Part shown: piece after piece, positions 44,901 to 49,420 of the stretch
Layout of the letters: every line of letters begins with the position of its first letter
How positions within the stretch are numbered: the stretch's first letter is position 1
IMG/VR virus record: IMGVR_UViG_3300037692_000137
Coordinates: 96,001 to 160,000 of that record
DNA from: a virus
Lineage: Duplodnaviria; Caudoviricetes
Strand: one strand, 5' to 3'
DNA: 64,000 nt
Notes under the pieces: model-generated
Database searches by the model: none
What the model saw: only the letters and a program-made list of their open reading frames with translations
What the model was told of the DNA's origin: nothing
Position numbers and translations under genes: made by a program

Positions 44901-47141
44901 TAGGGCATTCAATGAATTAGATAGTTGGCGCTCCATAGCATGGACGTCGAGGGAGGCTCTTGACGTGGATATACCTTTAAGTATGTCTTGTACGGACTCA
45001 GCCATCTGATCTTTTGCAGCCGATACTTTATCAAACTCTTGTTTCATACTATCAGGACTATAACTACCCGCTGCTGGTTTTATTACTTTAGACCCATAAA
45101 TAGCCCGTTGTTCTGGTATATTACCTATGGATTTAATTCTTGCTACGTTAACATCGGGTATAGTGGGTGACTTGACGCCAACGTTAGTACCACTTTTTGT
45201 AGTAGGTGCCGCCAAGACAGTATGTTTAGTACTATCAGATAGTTTAGTTAAAGAAGCGGCTACCTCGGCTACATTACGTTCTAATGCCTCAAATTTGCTG
45301 CTTAAATCATCTGTTTTTATAGCTCTAACTTTAGTTACTAAACTATCAACAACCTGAGACCCGGCTTTGGCTTGATTGACCATAGCAACCTCAGTTGTAT
45401 TTTGTAGTTCCTCAATTAAAGAGCGTAGTGCTGCAATCTCACCTGAAGCTTTTTTCACCTCTGGGCTATTAAAAGAACCAGTTCTTATAGCCTTATTTAT
45501 AGCCTCAGTTTTAACACTTAAAGAGTCTGTAAGAACTCCTTTTAAAGATTCTAAATTCTTTTTTAAATTAGATATAGCCTGTTTATAGTTATTAAAATAA
45601 CCACTTAAAGCTTTGGCAGCCTCATCCGCATTTAAATCAAGCAGTACATCTAATTTTACATTATCTGGGAATTTAGCTGTTATTAGTTTCTCTATATTTT
45701 CTAACTTGGGGGATACTATAATTTCAGCTGTCCCAGAAGAAATTTCTTTTATTACAGAGTTAAGTTCTTTTTTAATATCAGCTGTATCAATTGTTACATC
45801 TAATGAGGCGGCCTTATCAATAATAGTTAGTAGTGCGGTTATCTCTTTTAATTTTTTATTGAGAGCACCATCTACACCTATTTTAAGATCTCTGTCCTTT
45901 ACTAAAGAGTCAATTTCTTTTTCGGCGGTTTTAGTATCAGCAGCAACCTGTACAGTAACTTTACCACTAAGAGAGTTTACTAAGGAGTCAACTGTTTTTC
46001 TTAACTCTTTATCATCAATATCAACGGATATAGTTAACTTTTCTGAAAGTTTGCTAAGCTTATTAATTATATCTTTATCGTTGAGCGCTACATCTAATTG
46101 TTGTTTAGCCCTCTTAGTAACAATGCCAACATCTTTTATATTACCGGTAGCGCCACTAGCTTTTAAAAGTTTAGGTAATTCCTCTAATGACTTGCTTATA
46201 TTATGTAACTCAGCAATCATAGAAACTAGCGCCTTGTCTGTTTGTTTAGAGGGCTCTTTACTACCGGTACTTGCTTGCTTAACAGCGGTTAATGCCGTTA
46301 GTCCTTTTTCTACTGATTTGGTTATAGCTGATGCTAGTTTGTCTGCATCAATATTTCCTCCGGCGGAGGAACGTTGTTTTGTGGTCTCTTCTTTTACAGC
46401 CTTTTTTATTTGACTTAATTCTTTTATAACGTCGGCACTAGCTGCTGGTGAGGATTCCACTACTTTGGATAGCCTTGTCAGGCCGGAAGTAAGTTGTTTA
46501 ATCTCTGAATATAATTTTGATAGTCCGGCACTCACTGCCTTTACATCTGATGTGTCTTTGGTAGTGGTAACTGTAGATTTGTAGGAGTTGTCTACACTTT
46601 TAGCTAAACCATCTATAGCTGTTTGTAATTTAGTTAGTTTACCAAAATCTGCGGAAGCTGGATCTTTTTTAATGGCTGTTAGAATGGAGGCGTTAAGATC
46701 GCGGATACTTTTTTCGATAGATGCTTTGTCGGATTTTCCTGACGCAGCACTTAGTACTTTTGTTAAAGCGCCTAATTCCTTTGTTACAACTGATTCTAGT
46801 GCTTTGGTATCTAATGCTGTGGTTGATTTACCAGAAGCTGTGGTACCCGTCATAGTAACGCTTCTTTGGAACTCCTTGGCTATTGTTTTGGAAATGGTAT
46901 CCGCTATAATCTTTGCTTGCTGCGCAGTAGCTTTTGTAGCAGTACTTGCCTGAGCCTTACCATTTATGTCGATAAGTCCGTCTCTTAGCGCTTTTTTAAT
47001 AGAAGAAGCTAACTTGTCATTTAAATTATTAAATGCTTTTGTTAGTGTACTATCTAAAGTAGTTGCAATATTATCAGACTTAGTACTTCCTGCGCTTGAT
47101 CCACTTATTATGTGAGATACTGTAATGTCGTGCTTAGCCAA
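23994..47141 (-). CDS. Giant tail tape measure protein (7715 aa) fused to a two-barrel RNA polymerase and a PD-(D/E)XK nuclease
   Basis: TTG start with AGGAGG RBS; follows the tube and chaperone genes. TP901-family TMP core at about aa 3975-4280, TMP-type GG..GPG....D.IPAMLS.GEYVI motifs near the C-terminus, RNAP motifs at aa ~1320-2725 and nuclease motifs at aa ~3317-3422. Confidence 0.92.
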   Translation of the reverse strand: MAKHDITVSHIISGSSAGSTKSDNIATTLDSTLTKAFNNLNDKLASSIKKALRDGLIDINGKAQASTATKATAQQAKIIADTISKTIAKEFQRSVTMTGTTASGKSTTALDTKALESVVTKELGALTKVLSAASGKSDKASIEKSIRDLNASILTAIKKDPASADFGKLTKLQTAIDGLAKSVDNSYKSTVTTTKDTSDVKAVSAGLSKLYSEIKQLTSGLTRLSKVVESSPAASADVIKELSQIKKAVKEETTKQRSSAGGNIDADKLASAITKSVEKGLTALTAVKQASTGSKEPSKQTDKALVSMIAELHNISKSLEELPKLLKASGATGNIKDVGIVTKRAKQQLDVALNDKDIINKLSKLSEKLTISVDIDDKELRKTVDSLVNSLSGKVTVQVAADTKTAEKEIDSLVKDRDLKIGVDGALNKKLKEITALLTIIDKAASLDVTIDTADIKKELNSVIKEISSGTAEIIVSPKLENIEKLITAKFPDNVKLDVLLDLNADEAAKALSGYFNNYKQAISNLKKNLESLKGVLTDSLSVKTEAINKAIRTGSFNSPEVKKASGEIAALRSLIEELQNTTEVAMVNQAKAGSQVVDSLVTKVRAIKTDDLSSKFEALERNVAEVAASLTKLSDSTKHTVLAAPTTKSGTNVGVKSPTIPDVNVARIKSIGNIPEQRAIYGSKVIKPAAGSYSPDSMKQEFDKVSAAKDQMAESVQDILKGISTSRASLDVHAMERQLSNSLNALLKDITKTVTEQLGKSDWKPLEMPGAPESSKYFTNVSNSLNQTNSKMWTMQIADIKSMQKELTKSKRTATGDPNQIVSAFKELQLDKLMAGITHGGSTDENTDLLASKVATWMKSASKENIAGWTTVSDPEIKKALLDLKTAYETSKGSVNLVEGVKKAVGSQLGPLTQLTRQTYAVAEVNRGLADVDTTRREHPAPYIRNVALPAARMTPSGTPILETAHGSERALSKFAMFETGLEKLYSKALQAGTLRREEDYTSKIQSIGVNPQTRLEQSAVSDLVTKLLADISTFKPNESPVTEHARVTKEFSGIKEGYKAAAVSTMVQKKRIDPDLDIQPTLTNINKQIDQFTLDPNKDLKTQVMSFVNIMNAAQVSAYDFAKALDKVEFKNIYDIYGKVLEAPLKKLVEKPAYQSGARGFESATKQVEQLMPLIEPGKPRRGLQQSNVVNLLSRGTPGLYPTERDYELKPEEHKNYIKDLNLRFKEMYAERDMLAKLATESPESTLIVKRLQELPSQGRKLASLGIPESQASSIAYLKSNKVRGADEDNKDYEEGLSYLKALGGTNIKMFVDDLTSMAPFGEFQQLGRNIAGVTNAMSSSIDEINGLTDKFGVSRVKGLGTTTPTLRTEREKSLIEGGRYGEKGYGFNVTAELRHTSGTFEDQILVSGKLADAVTSLTKTLVLPAAGGRMLGKELSTSGKGTEAVSDVKPGVLKDVDSADAINKVYSQFQDMMGVSNTYKGRADKAFITEVQKSMATVRSENVEVQAAKVAEVFMNHFGRKFTTRFGSKGVSMTSTDTSKMSDILKTWGDKNIKVLTSEEQVNAGLGTAKMPKSMGQLAAELLDSQIEGLTASGASQSEVEGLKSQLINSGNKFMIEYFKDATSGLTVPEEATIQQDIYNKAKELFSSIGIAITDGVDGINNLKQTYSSMIKEGGLYELKPIDVRISSLGAGKRGLQTEVLETILNNVANVQKASEKDEAHTTLRDTFDPDMYKKLLGGGKESLSTYSSALGFKGTDPGKAEKELTKIFMQRGKQSDQAAVMAKRGAALEEMSNFYSEVIDEFGEKRKSLVGQKFLQVVEEPTATEAWSTTDVRKRVKGAKLNVPAYTAYLNVFGKDSELMKEINQTPIQGAGSQADLVEQLSDTDKKHWEYIKTLIANTNKDSEVLGALRNKLDKVSVDELNSFDYSTGTLDKGKRSMLGTVMDVEKFNKPFMLQLPSPDASKAKLGQKPTAFEDFYVPSPAGRGVYPEPLVAGEFGPEEPTRVLQNLINSAKDYQDFVTNTEQYYMAKNVDSRKTAEAVMKEAAAGMLKSSVLSTTSDIRVKGGRLSTYDPKYVKELEQMWITFKKNINDALSESMNKSYASSMEGVVQSQANYAEKRYNAILKSLRHAGATVSSQLSEGKVPFKTDPKGNLLEQLNTISKDFSGGKGMLEQEMNNKLAAVQKAKINYLETLAETTLGKSGSVAETLFTRKIPAVMAKAVSATVDKTKDLETFDTQMSAIISDLEGLSPEMQQEMGISEKSIKYLKTLQEQTQSIKEKHSERLKRTSELGLPILGQHEIGVPAEIARKIPVSFTKKFTKEGEAAPATKVEGTLLDMLRYTQDLQGKGNTSEEKATIKKYIEEELAPYIESLRYPFTGTSSIQPYKAKLLGEGKGGMASNVLAVPGMPNLPMDALSGVIQRVTKQRESLSTVRATELGKGAAASPEKLAKLTDLIDGLNAAISNLLPKYIAHQQKLDFDGDAIEIHSAINLKSRNDIKKHYDTLTQDLTDTASVFRDQFTYGAVQPPASEYTLAEMGESFAKKFPTEKGFSFMQKPFATEDMGFLSLSEQLQALAGDSKDLNKVLEQVSNMLDKTDADKLETAVSNIKDLSNADELKNNADKIAEVVETLDDKFKKSFKFQTGATLANERTKSAVAAQLFKIHTGPETEAFTRLSLSYNKDVSGGSSLIGAKGDQKFSRDEQSRMNELTRFSLQKGMDVKHAGAASVSSDITKDIMELGGGEKVYKNVLNNKDYEDLKDFVKADAQAITDRIHSMLSKGMTEDVQSMASAYGVTADLSDIDKFTAEMVDKMGFRGFLTRLEQSIRNSALDTLQKQIAATRGKGMSPDTLKAAAEEEYTRRLKESSPSAVASSLITSKEAPLYKFRTAGATTESQAGAYISKHGKGSLDLDVGIAKLQPGSYGKKEEARYSSSMAKAVATAANLEDELNQLYEVSGSGAYGELVKTSADRLKNSQKDVQAATAAIANYEPLDVKSIQDSIGKLTELTTGDLADMSPIHEQVFKDRSSAKDLMRMRDVVDYYTTLAGLPVVEPSVLQEIELLGKSELSKIAETKFKDQGLTPEELQTKVDEYVKVFSEKMKSLYSLDRALKVFKTSSASGMDVAAMLPPVSSGRSAKGTAYPSAAGIEAVKVASPIMDADLTGSVGGTPPPVTPGISAPGAGVPGGPFTFTGGALNVHLQSIASGIGLFVGDTPPSSKTKMASEPAVDVEQLKKWSNQITGGNNELNGATYETMYRASALAGGGEYKSGFKREDFSEKELNSSQLTAIVAAMRGEKGGVPNDFLEASALVGQAIHAKIQKDIMSMDPSSAIEQFVALTTKAGTITGHIDVVMKNETTGEKYPIDIKTVGEGVKNAIGVAIQAAGTSDFPEVYAKLIEKGDKPSLAAAYKLLDVASQLNVYMSAIGSSKGEANYYSSTSKGTDTPEVVKFKQDPALLAKDVDAISKARRFAGKFRTTGSLEEQENAAKKASPLNISESDLKSMLDESSKHFESIKSAGGGRQRTSSYRPMTPKENEEKVKGFKLDETDSISDIDKLYSPKIASGKDVWADLENFITFHTAAKEFQRQVRNINYDEELNNLEKVSKDLSDIIRGTGKTGPDMDKFRAATDKFKQLATDQGGPEGERKAGAQLNKAWKLYRMAEGDYYLSQAKEAKKAYEAASTSKDFESETASYGKAQSAIARMRKFVSRVAGSRTDIYTEDKKFVMPEMARRLNVYQTPGELATKSTTPLGDDKQLQAMFENIVADLQKDNTMTPAVEKARTAVSTITGSNVKREMVDMMQNAEMLTRMGSDVMHAWDFDLLAEKLSRLRASLERYMKYNLTDDFGAAQKKNLETVIKYLKSVENSYTMINQSANKDWGEAGAVPVPKWLAPKEQLAMHTSNVEKVKEYFEKPQEAGGARVGEVRSYPIKVLDQTGQIVRNVVVDFAKYGKSLSDITIKERDLAAAMQGSNSGFRGAIGRAVKWGAASSVVYGGFAQLKQAISTLSEIEYGLATLKMMLNPLSADIEGLSAAAVKFAKQYGVGVTDILQSMNVFAQQGLTQAEIIDRTRVSTLAANVTTLKASEATEALTSAMKIYQEEGNSAMRFLDAWSEVEAKSAITAGDLANAIQKSASAAKIAGVTFDQLNGIVAAIGSTTRQSGKEVGTSLRFILRRLSAEKGPQQLGKLGIPVMEPTGQLRAGFNVLDDLSKKWKDLSNAQKLTTSQALGGTRQYNSLIALMDNWDQALRATKDSMNSKGSAERRNAELMGTYRKQLEQTKVALVELQMSIGKVALPAFKIGLSGVKTFLEALSAIPAPIKAAGAAFVTLLAYMTKGQQLAESLGDMLAGGKDFLGISGAGAQFSKELAKTKYELFGLGGGKLATAGLKTLGKFTTAGPEGEKTDVARGVKLSDFHSSFGKLAFKLQEVGKVFNSFVADSISTTGKGIASFGSAGKTVGTKLSSTAGIGETVADIRKRNSMTKEDVEKTVKELGIHQALKKLVSGGLAMGAEVAGMGSYLGGMAVKGFGDSLGDIGKKLTENLATDDTSFVAAVAPLLTTIAALVPAIKVLGDQYHRMTQSAQDYADSMYNTRSVQEDSLTNIKNMAASYDVLQNKIEDLNKLRDPGVQERRKSLSTYEAPIVTLGKAQEDVISLANQLAESNSNLVLGYDKVGNAVLKVSTNFADYFKVLDKSKTKQLAESEVDVASKFIEDLTKTGGSENTKKMLKDMASEIPVIGEMLAKGIKVAPAKAIADITAQLNKLLAIKAKSPMSSAIDKDIKKYQEALKALRTDYASTYKEFSNVLGNINTKGLDPNEVAKIFADPRLKEGYDVIVNMEPRLNVASLKGKINWQDVLGQTVMQRALPEAKSLGFTKELTKGKLESAGLFERQGKVLNNDIVLFMDDVTAKYNMAGKQAIVKLKETSDGVFEWVAQYFNTKTLKVEERSFDKNMQQLVENIFPANHIQDELTDKIEILNEFVAGAGAGIRAISAKDFKKEFDLGERFFSDVATTTLLQSGKGYTPTVTATPGKDFGESPFQKSWKKDFEEYYAKPMTKFRSYMEDLDKLKIEGLDDSSVTIANDLYKELENLTTILKNNQVVMQYRAVLADLTKTFEAGKRVVEENISVERSRQEVFKGTAGYLKGISEGLDTFDTGGAKYKDLTVQQRTLIGSEDYRNLAAQLKELDIRKQGAAEGIYSSDKALVALDSIAAVSKGFGSVLTKDEMQNFTETVARTGDTGYAELKIETSRVATNTADTVTKLEDILMALGSPGDLDKQLEKYMSASSPQDLLTGLERVAEMRDRASSAGNPDMVIAANKVLDVMTKNLTSQLGVDRTLKEIGGQNVFGAKNYTATEASQRMFSGLDFNDFVTQIKDVIPEESKWFGLKTVPNKPSFIADVESINKLQTANQKPQLIDDKTVMKATAAASVAAAFQKAGENATVKKLDEQLQILKAQLAAEEAKPEVNQNKGLIDDLKTQEKTLTASKEDTTTKATLYGAVSTMTASKTAIMEFAKSLGFADDTIKKLGAGTVATYAAILTFSKLLGTDLSEATKNYGKILKDVATGVANTGEAPSLLQAIKLKRAEKTFYADYEKNKSQYGFSDGGRVFGAGTTMKMAAGGLITGEGTGTSDDILAKVSNGEYIINADAAKYLGQSKLDYMNEHGKLPAFASGGAVGGPITGPDINRPAQILATTAAATMAGYLAESNEKLTEIATASKKSAAESALISKLIQKNTTSAQKIFDALNEQNIKSKTAVEVLQGTEVKSKVLDVDAEKKKVEQAVKDMRETYKQQTQIINKQVSAMQEQMLKLEMSEELKKELDDMATAIANVEITANAKNRFSELVSGTMAYGVKSFLRPSFWSSNFATPQPGGLLSGKYNPPQVDLGVRSTRDMSTEQYLVFQDTELISRAKTFSEGGKNFFTNLGRIFTDLDLFAKDINFESIGTLVDTLGSIQDPSKGLLDLKKLSSPFALIKSLFSFMVKPETAPGATKGLDIGKIFTTNKYQKVETSFKELEKAQSKTDLMQSKLTELYVEKQELEALDKTVGLSGKEKKRLKNVDVLIDEYERSIKGQVSKIKNIKIDLDPVIIEGAFKKARSERASTELVEDFSSITRSISQSKTSMTAAMNPELSGFRGDLQFKRKDAELSDQEYFFKSAQGPTKNAIDQLKSTQALTESVGKKIADREQLIADVRLKLLDAGDKETVQTKEYKEEILKLSDEISVLTEDFGTLKDSMAALGSITQTLFDTGKSLRAFNESFKSLSVQGFSAGLEGTRNLKLAMDSLVGASGPFAKRMVTPTQQMGALMDGGVFLGKFADEFEIRTADLYTQLFSSNLKGNDLQKVIDQITYMPQEKTRVREEQDLVKQFQGLDTMVSAINSMEDTLIEKISFGNEDDGTKTYYANSLKQLEELKNSQAAFIKSETTIGELKDKAKAQYGEGTIEYQRYMSQFGGMAESTRAVAVTPEVKEGFARIQHDLEKSLITSDPVVKELVNIQKILEKLAEKMGVPVEELKQLFKTSGETDKIIPTIETPSLKSPVQKYLQEVEQNSMAGMLAADKALATLSVPTGDLYTELGKTVPIIVEFNKALGNTLVNLASKAAGAVLKDINVVSPVTAQKEATKEKATFIGTKMAEQQGFEVNDPIIKARIAQFAAGQAMFISEQERRNARNKPTGEYTGNVAADTAIGLTGVAGAAAVISNAEALSAIASYFTGPTIGPLLTASPMLAAAGTKAYSMAEPKVDYLLALKDTNDLLTKAEKESAASGNVFEKPSLNLPDLENLHLGDDKYFDAQIKALYNNTTQLQELNKALGENPAESVPTTTIGKAAGGHITGPGGPREDKVPAMLSPGEYVIRAHAAQKLGYDTLDHMNKKGTIPVLAEGGSITASLRKGFYSWLTDVPKPRTEDEKPLDIKRHELRKAIEQDPDKKDLSRFADGGIASDARKAFYSWLTSVPKEDEGKTQLDARRRAFKEAAGKDPDKKDLSRFADGGIASEARKVFYSWLTSVPEEAKGKTQLDARRRAMKEAAGKDPDKEDLARFADGGSVVDRLRAAMYSVITDDTKAKKEDKKKFDDQADVFSAPGAQDAIYMHKKQLEAAMKETGMADGGDVPKYRMLSGEKTLTKFNPVTGEWEPWERYVPPEKVTSFSPSDTQGILTLAKARASVLNEEEQLRKGTQTKALLGNTTSRVSPEEQQLMAQMVERKTAFGDSYGAGRVGAAEEYFTATRDIKENVRRLAVKDIGTEEQTNTMTFTPNYLDKGAKMSSMTAAVGPAYTEVEQLRNYLEDPTIMRNALSHGTDKKSGKANPGYLPEEYVWQARQSLNRFDDLVASGSTLQDSPALRSLRQVLAGAGERVALTSTIGRGIELDAAGQLNSMLPMAGADISATDMGKFWNYVSNVVSKQSVPKELAGLLTENEFRALAAKGISEGNPTRIKTMIDDYFKARSLDKTSNLLSDTFKDNKKSEGGRFMPIMHDGGVTRSTGPHYLEKGEVVLPRRFADGGLVNNELTTNTITNAQQKSVVLTWDESKKLQVEDRVLRVEDKELKLADIAPLKVEDKVFDVKLDDNGITDKLTSVISSIPDKISLDSSNVKLDTSNLEAMFKNLADSINNTKSVGADSTVLDTALESIAFVKEQTDEQIHIIDSKITNLQESFGKDVQAEINVRIAEVKKDILNNNSKLIDSYINRQRTDISKLKFELTSIDGQLKRLMTLVYANRNIG
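25840..26530 (-). repeat. Tandem 159-165 bp (53-55 aa) coding repeats delimited by (F/L/M)A(D/E)GG in the TMP C-terminal region
   Basis: CCACCATCAGCAAAACG recurs at 26026, 26185 and 26344 (period 159), with a diverged unit at 26509; units read FADGG..RKxFYSWLTxVP..KDPDKKDLSR. Confidence 0.9.
34300..35220 (-). other. TP901-family tape measure core domain
   Basis: AVKFAKQYGVGVTDILQSMNVFAQQG..TLAANV..EATEALTSAM..ITAGDLANAIQKSASAAKIAGVTFDQLNGIVAAIGSTTRQSGKEVGTSLRFIL..LGGTRQYN. Confidence 0.9.
36840..37290 (-). other. RecB/Cas4-like PD-(D/E)XK nuclease domain within the TMP
   Basis: SSQL..GQAIH (H3317)..E..GHID (D3351)..DIKT (D3366, K3368)..SQLNVY (Q3418): the RecB-family motifs in canonical order. 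Confidence 0.8.
38900..43300 (-). other. Fused beta/beta-prime-like RNA polymerase domain within the TMP
   Basis: Beta-like motifs: SMAPFGE..R (aa 1319), GFNV..SGTFEDQILVS (F1403), GRKFTTRFGSKGV (G1522), KPIDVRISSLGAGKR..EVLET (K1683), VGQKF..GAKL..AY. Beta-prime-like motifs: VPSPAGR..GEF, GKSGSVAETLFTRK (G2203), HEIGVPAEIA, RYPFTGTSSIQPY (R2377), catalytic DFDGD (aa 2481-2485, nt 39687-39701), trigger loop Q2718-M2721-H2725. Confidence 0.9.
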
Positions 47142-47220
47142 AGCTGTGCCTCCTAGGTAGTGTTACTTTGATCAATTAAACATTCTTTTGTTCATAATAA
47201 TAGAATGGTTACCTTATTAC

Positions 47221-48243
47221 TTAACTCCGGCGAGTGCGTTTTTTAATATCCGTTCTATCCTTTATTTTCTGGGCTTCTTTAGGTTTGTCATATTTTATAT
47301 CTTGATATAGATCATTAGACTGAGTAATTATTACTTCCTCTTTATTAAAGGCGGACATTCTACCTTTATTGGTCTTATTACTTTTTCTAGCAGCAGCCTC
47401 TTTTGTACGCTCATTATAGTAATCAGTCATATATGCATCTAATGCTTCATCATCATCTATTATACTGTCCGGGGGTCTGTCCTCGGGCATCATTTCATAT
47501 ATGTTAGAGTAGTAACTTGACCAATATATCAAATTCAACTGATCATTGGAGTATTCTACTGTAGGTATACCAAATAGGGCCTCATTAACTTTTTGGCTAT
47601 GTACATAACGTATACGCCATAAGTTGTGCCTTGCTATAAGCCTAATATTCTTCATTGGGATTCCATGATAAAAATGCAGAAAAGTATTCATAACTTTAAT
47701 CTTAAAGGCTATGTTTTTTTCTAACACCAAACTGTCAACGTTGTCCCAATAGTGCTTATCACCTTGTTCTGTGTAGGTGCAGGCCCAGCACAAGTAATTA
47801 TGCCTTTCTTCGTCAGCTTTTGTTTCGGCGGACATGACTAACCTAGAGTTCTTTTTATATTCTATTTCATTTATTTGATCTTTAATTTTATTGATAAGCC
47901 GTTTAATTCTTTCTGCATTAGCTTTTACTTTGGTGGTTTTAGACAGAAGCGCTTCTTGTGCTTCTAATTGTGACTTGAGTTTGTCAACTTTTGCTATGTC
48001 TTCTTCTGTATATAAACCACGCTCACTTAGTAACTGCTCTAGCTCAGTTATAGAGTACAACCCTTCACGGGTTGCTTGCTTATAGGCCCTCTCATAAACT
48101 AATGTAGCTCTAAGACGTATTTCAGAAGTTGGTTGCTTAAATATTAAGTATACATCTTCTGAACCTATAGTAATGTTTACTATTTCCTTTCCTGTGAAAA
48201 TCTTAAGTAGACAACTATCGACTTCTTCATAAGATAGTTCCAT
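47221..48243 (-). CDS. Putative tail assembly chaperone (paralog B), 340 aa
   Basis: Directly upstream of the TMP; shares PT.E..A..Y..Y..G..E..L..RG and E..AD..R..L with 48303..49061. Confidence 0.6.
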   Translation of the reverse strand: MELSYEEVDSCLLKIFTGKEIVNITIGSEDVYLIFKQPTSEIRLRATLVYERAYKQATREGLYSITELEQLLSERGLYTEEDIAKVDKLKSQLEAQEALLSKTTKVKANAERIKRLINKIKDQINEIEYKKNSRLVMSAETKADEERHNYLCWACTYTEQGDKHYWDNVDSLVLEKNIAFKIKVMNTFLHFYHGIPMKNIRLIARHNLWRIRYVHSQKVNEALFGIPTVEYSNDQLNLIYWSSYYSNIYEMMPEDRPPDSIIDDDEALDAYMTDYYNERTKEAAARKSNKTNKGRMSAFNKEEVIITQSNDLYQDIKYDKPKEAQKIKDRTDIKKRTRRS

Positions 48244-48265
48244 GCGTGGCCTTATATATAGTTAT

Positions 48266-48285
48266 GGGGCTGTATAAACAGCCCC
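48266..48285 (-). terminator. GC-rich hairpin between the two chaperone genes (possible weak terminator or attenuator)
   Basis: Perfect 8-bp inverted repeat GGGGCTGT-ATAA-ACAGCCCC; no clear U-tract on the minus strand. Confidence 0.45.
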
Positions 48286-48302
48286 TTACAACAGACAATT
48301 CT

Positions 48303-49061
48303 TTATTTGGACTTTTTGCGGACTACTTTTGGTTTTGATATCTCAGAGTCAATGGCTGCATTGTGCTCCTCAACAGCAACTTGTTCTTCTTTAAGTTCTC
48401 CAACAAGCTCTTCTTCAGCGGCTGCTTTGGCGGCTTCCAAGGCGGCACGTGCGCGCCCCATAAGATCCTCTTCTACTTCTTTCATAGCCACTGCTTCCGG
48501 TGATTTTTCCATAAAGTTTGAGTCCAGCCCTTGTAGAAATAGCATTACTTCAAAGCGAGATCTCATTGCTAAATCCTTATTCTTTGACTTTAGAAAAACA
48601 TCATAAGTCTCCCATACCCTTTTACCAGTAGCATCTTTGGTGATGCTTGAAGTTAGATGTTCCAATCTGGCATCATCAGCCATCTGTTCACAAGTATTTG
48701 ACAAGGGGCCATTTAAGCGTTGATTCCATTGGAAAAGTTCCTCTCTGGCTATAGATACCTCTACAGCTAGATTTCTCTTATCTTCCATTGTTTCTGCTGA
48801 TTCTAGCTGATCGATCTTAGAACGTAGGTCCATTATAAGCTCTTGAGCTCTTTGTTCAAACTCAGGACCGATGATGCCTCTACGCATAAGGATATCCTGC
48901 ATTTCTGCAGCAGTTGTTATGCCCTCTACTAAACACTTGGTATATGTTTTGCTGTATTGCCAATCGGCACCGCGGATGTCTTCTGCGGTGGGGGATGAGA
49001 TAAAATATTCAGTGGTGCCATCAGCACCCATGAATTTGCGGTCTACACTGTTGTCACTCAT
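48303..49061 (-). CDS. Putative tail assembly chaperone (paralog A), 252 aa
   Basis: Between the tail tube and the TMP; helical, acidic, with AAGGAG RBS. Confidence 0.6.
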   Translation of the reverse strand: MSDNSVDRKFMGADGTTEYFISSPTAEDIRGADWQYSKTYTKCLVEGITTAAEMQDILMRRGIIGPEFEQRAQELIMDLRSKIDQLESAETMEDKRNLAVEVSIAREELFQWNQRLNGPLSNTCEQMADDARLEHLTSSITKDATGKRVWETYDVFLKSKNKDLAMRSRFEVMLFLQGLDSNFMEKSPEAVAMKEVEEDLMGRARAALEAAKAAAEEELVGELKEEQVAVEEHNAAIDSEISKPKVVRKKSK

Positions 49062-49100
49062 AATAGTCTCCTTTACCTTTAAATTAAAAACCTTAACCTT

Positions 49101-49352
49101 TTACTTCCTATTATTTGAAACTTCTATAATGTCCTCTGAGTTGATTTTTAATACCATCTCGTATTGATCTGACTTGTTTTTCAGATTTCTAATACAGTTG
49201 TTACCAACCCTGAGGATTTTGGCTCGAAGCGCTTTGAACGTTCCTTGATGTTCGCAGGCTACCTGAGCAAAGTCTAAAGCAGATTCAAATAGTCTTGTTA
49301 CTTCTTTTTCTATTTCTCTCTTAAATCTATCCCTGCTTTTTAGATTGTCCAT
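49101..49352 (-). CDS. Hypothetical protein, 83 aa
   Basis: GGAGG/AAGGA RBS; helical ORF after the tube terminator. Confidence 0.7.
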   Translation of the reverse strand: MDNLKSRDRFKREIEKEVTRLFESALDFAQVACEHQGTFKALRAKILRVGNNCIRNLKNKSDQYEMVLKINSEDIIEVSNNRK

Positions 49353-49374
49353 TCCTTTAATCCTCCAAATATAT

Positions 49375-49403
49375 AAAAAGGGGTAGGGTGTTACCCCTAC
49401 CCC
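49375..49403 (-). terminator. Rho-independent terminator after the major tail tube gene
   Basis: Minus strand GGGGTAGGG-GTAACA-CCCTACCCC followed by TTTTT, 17 nt after the stop codon. Confidence 0.85.
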
Positions 49404-49420
49404 CTCCAGTTAATTAAAAA

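Noticed and set aside
24127-46953. Many plus-strand ORFs up to 323 aa (e.g. 28813..29784, 45613..46413, 27103..27807)
   Set aside because: They are antisense shadows of the TMP reading frame: Ser/Leu/Phe-rich, with no RBS and no motifs.
47221-49061. Programmed -1 frameshift between the chaperone genes
   Set aside because: The ORFs do not overlap; they are separated by ~60 nt containing a hairpin, and the second has its own ATG.
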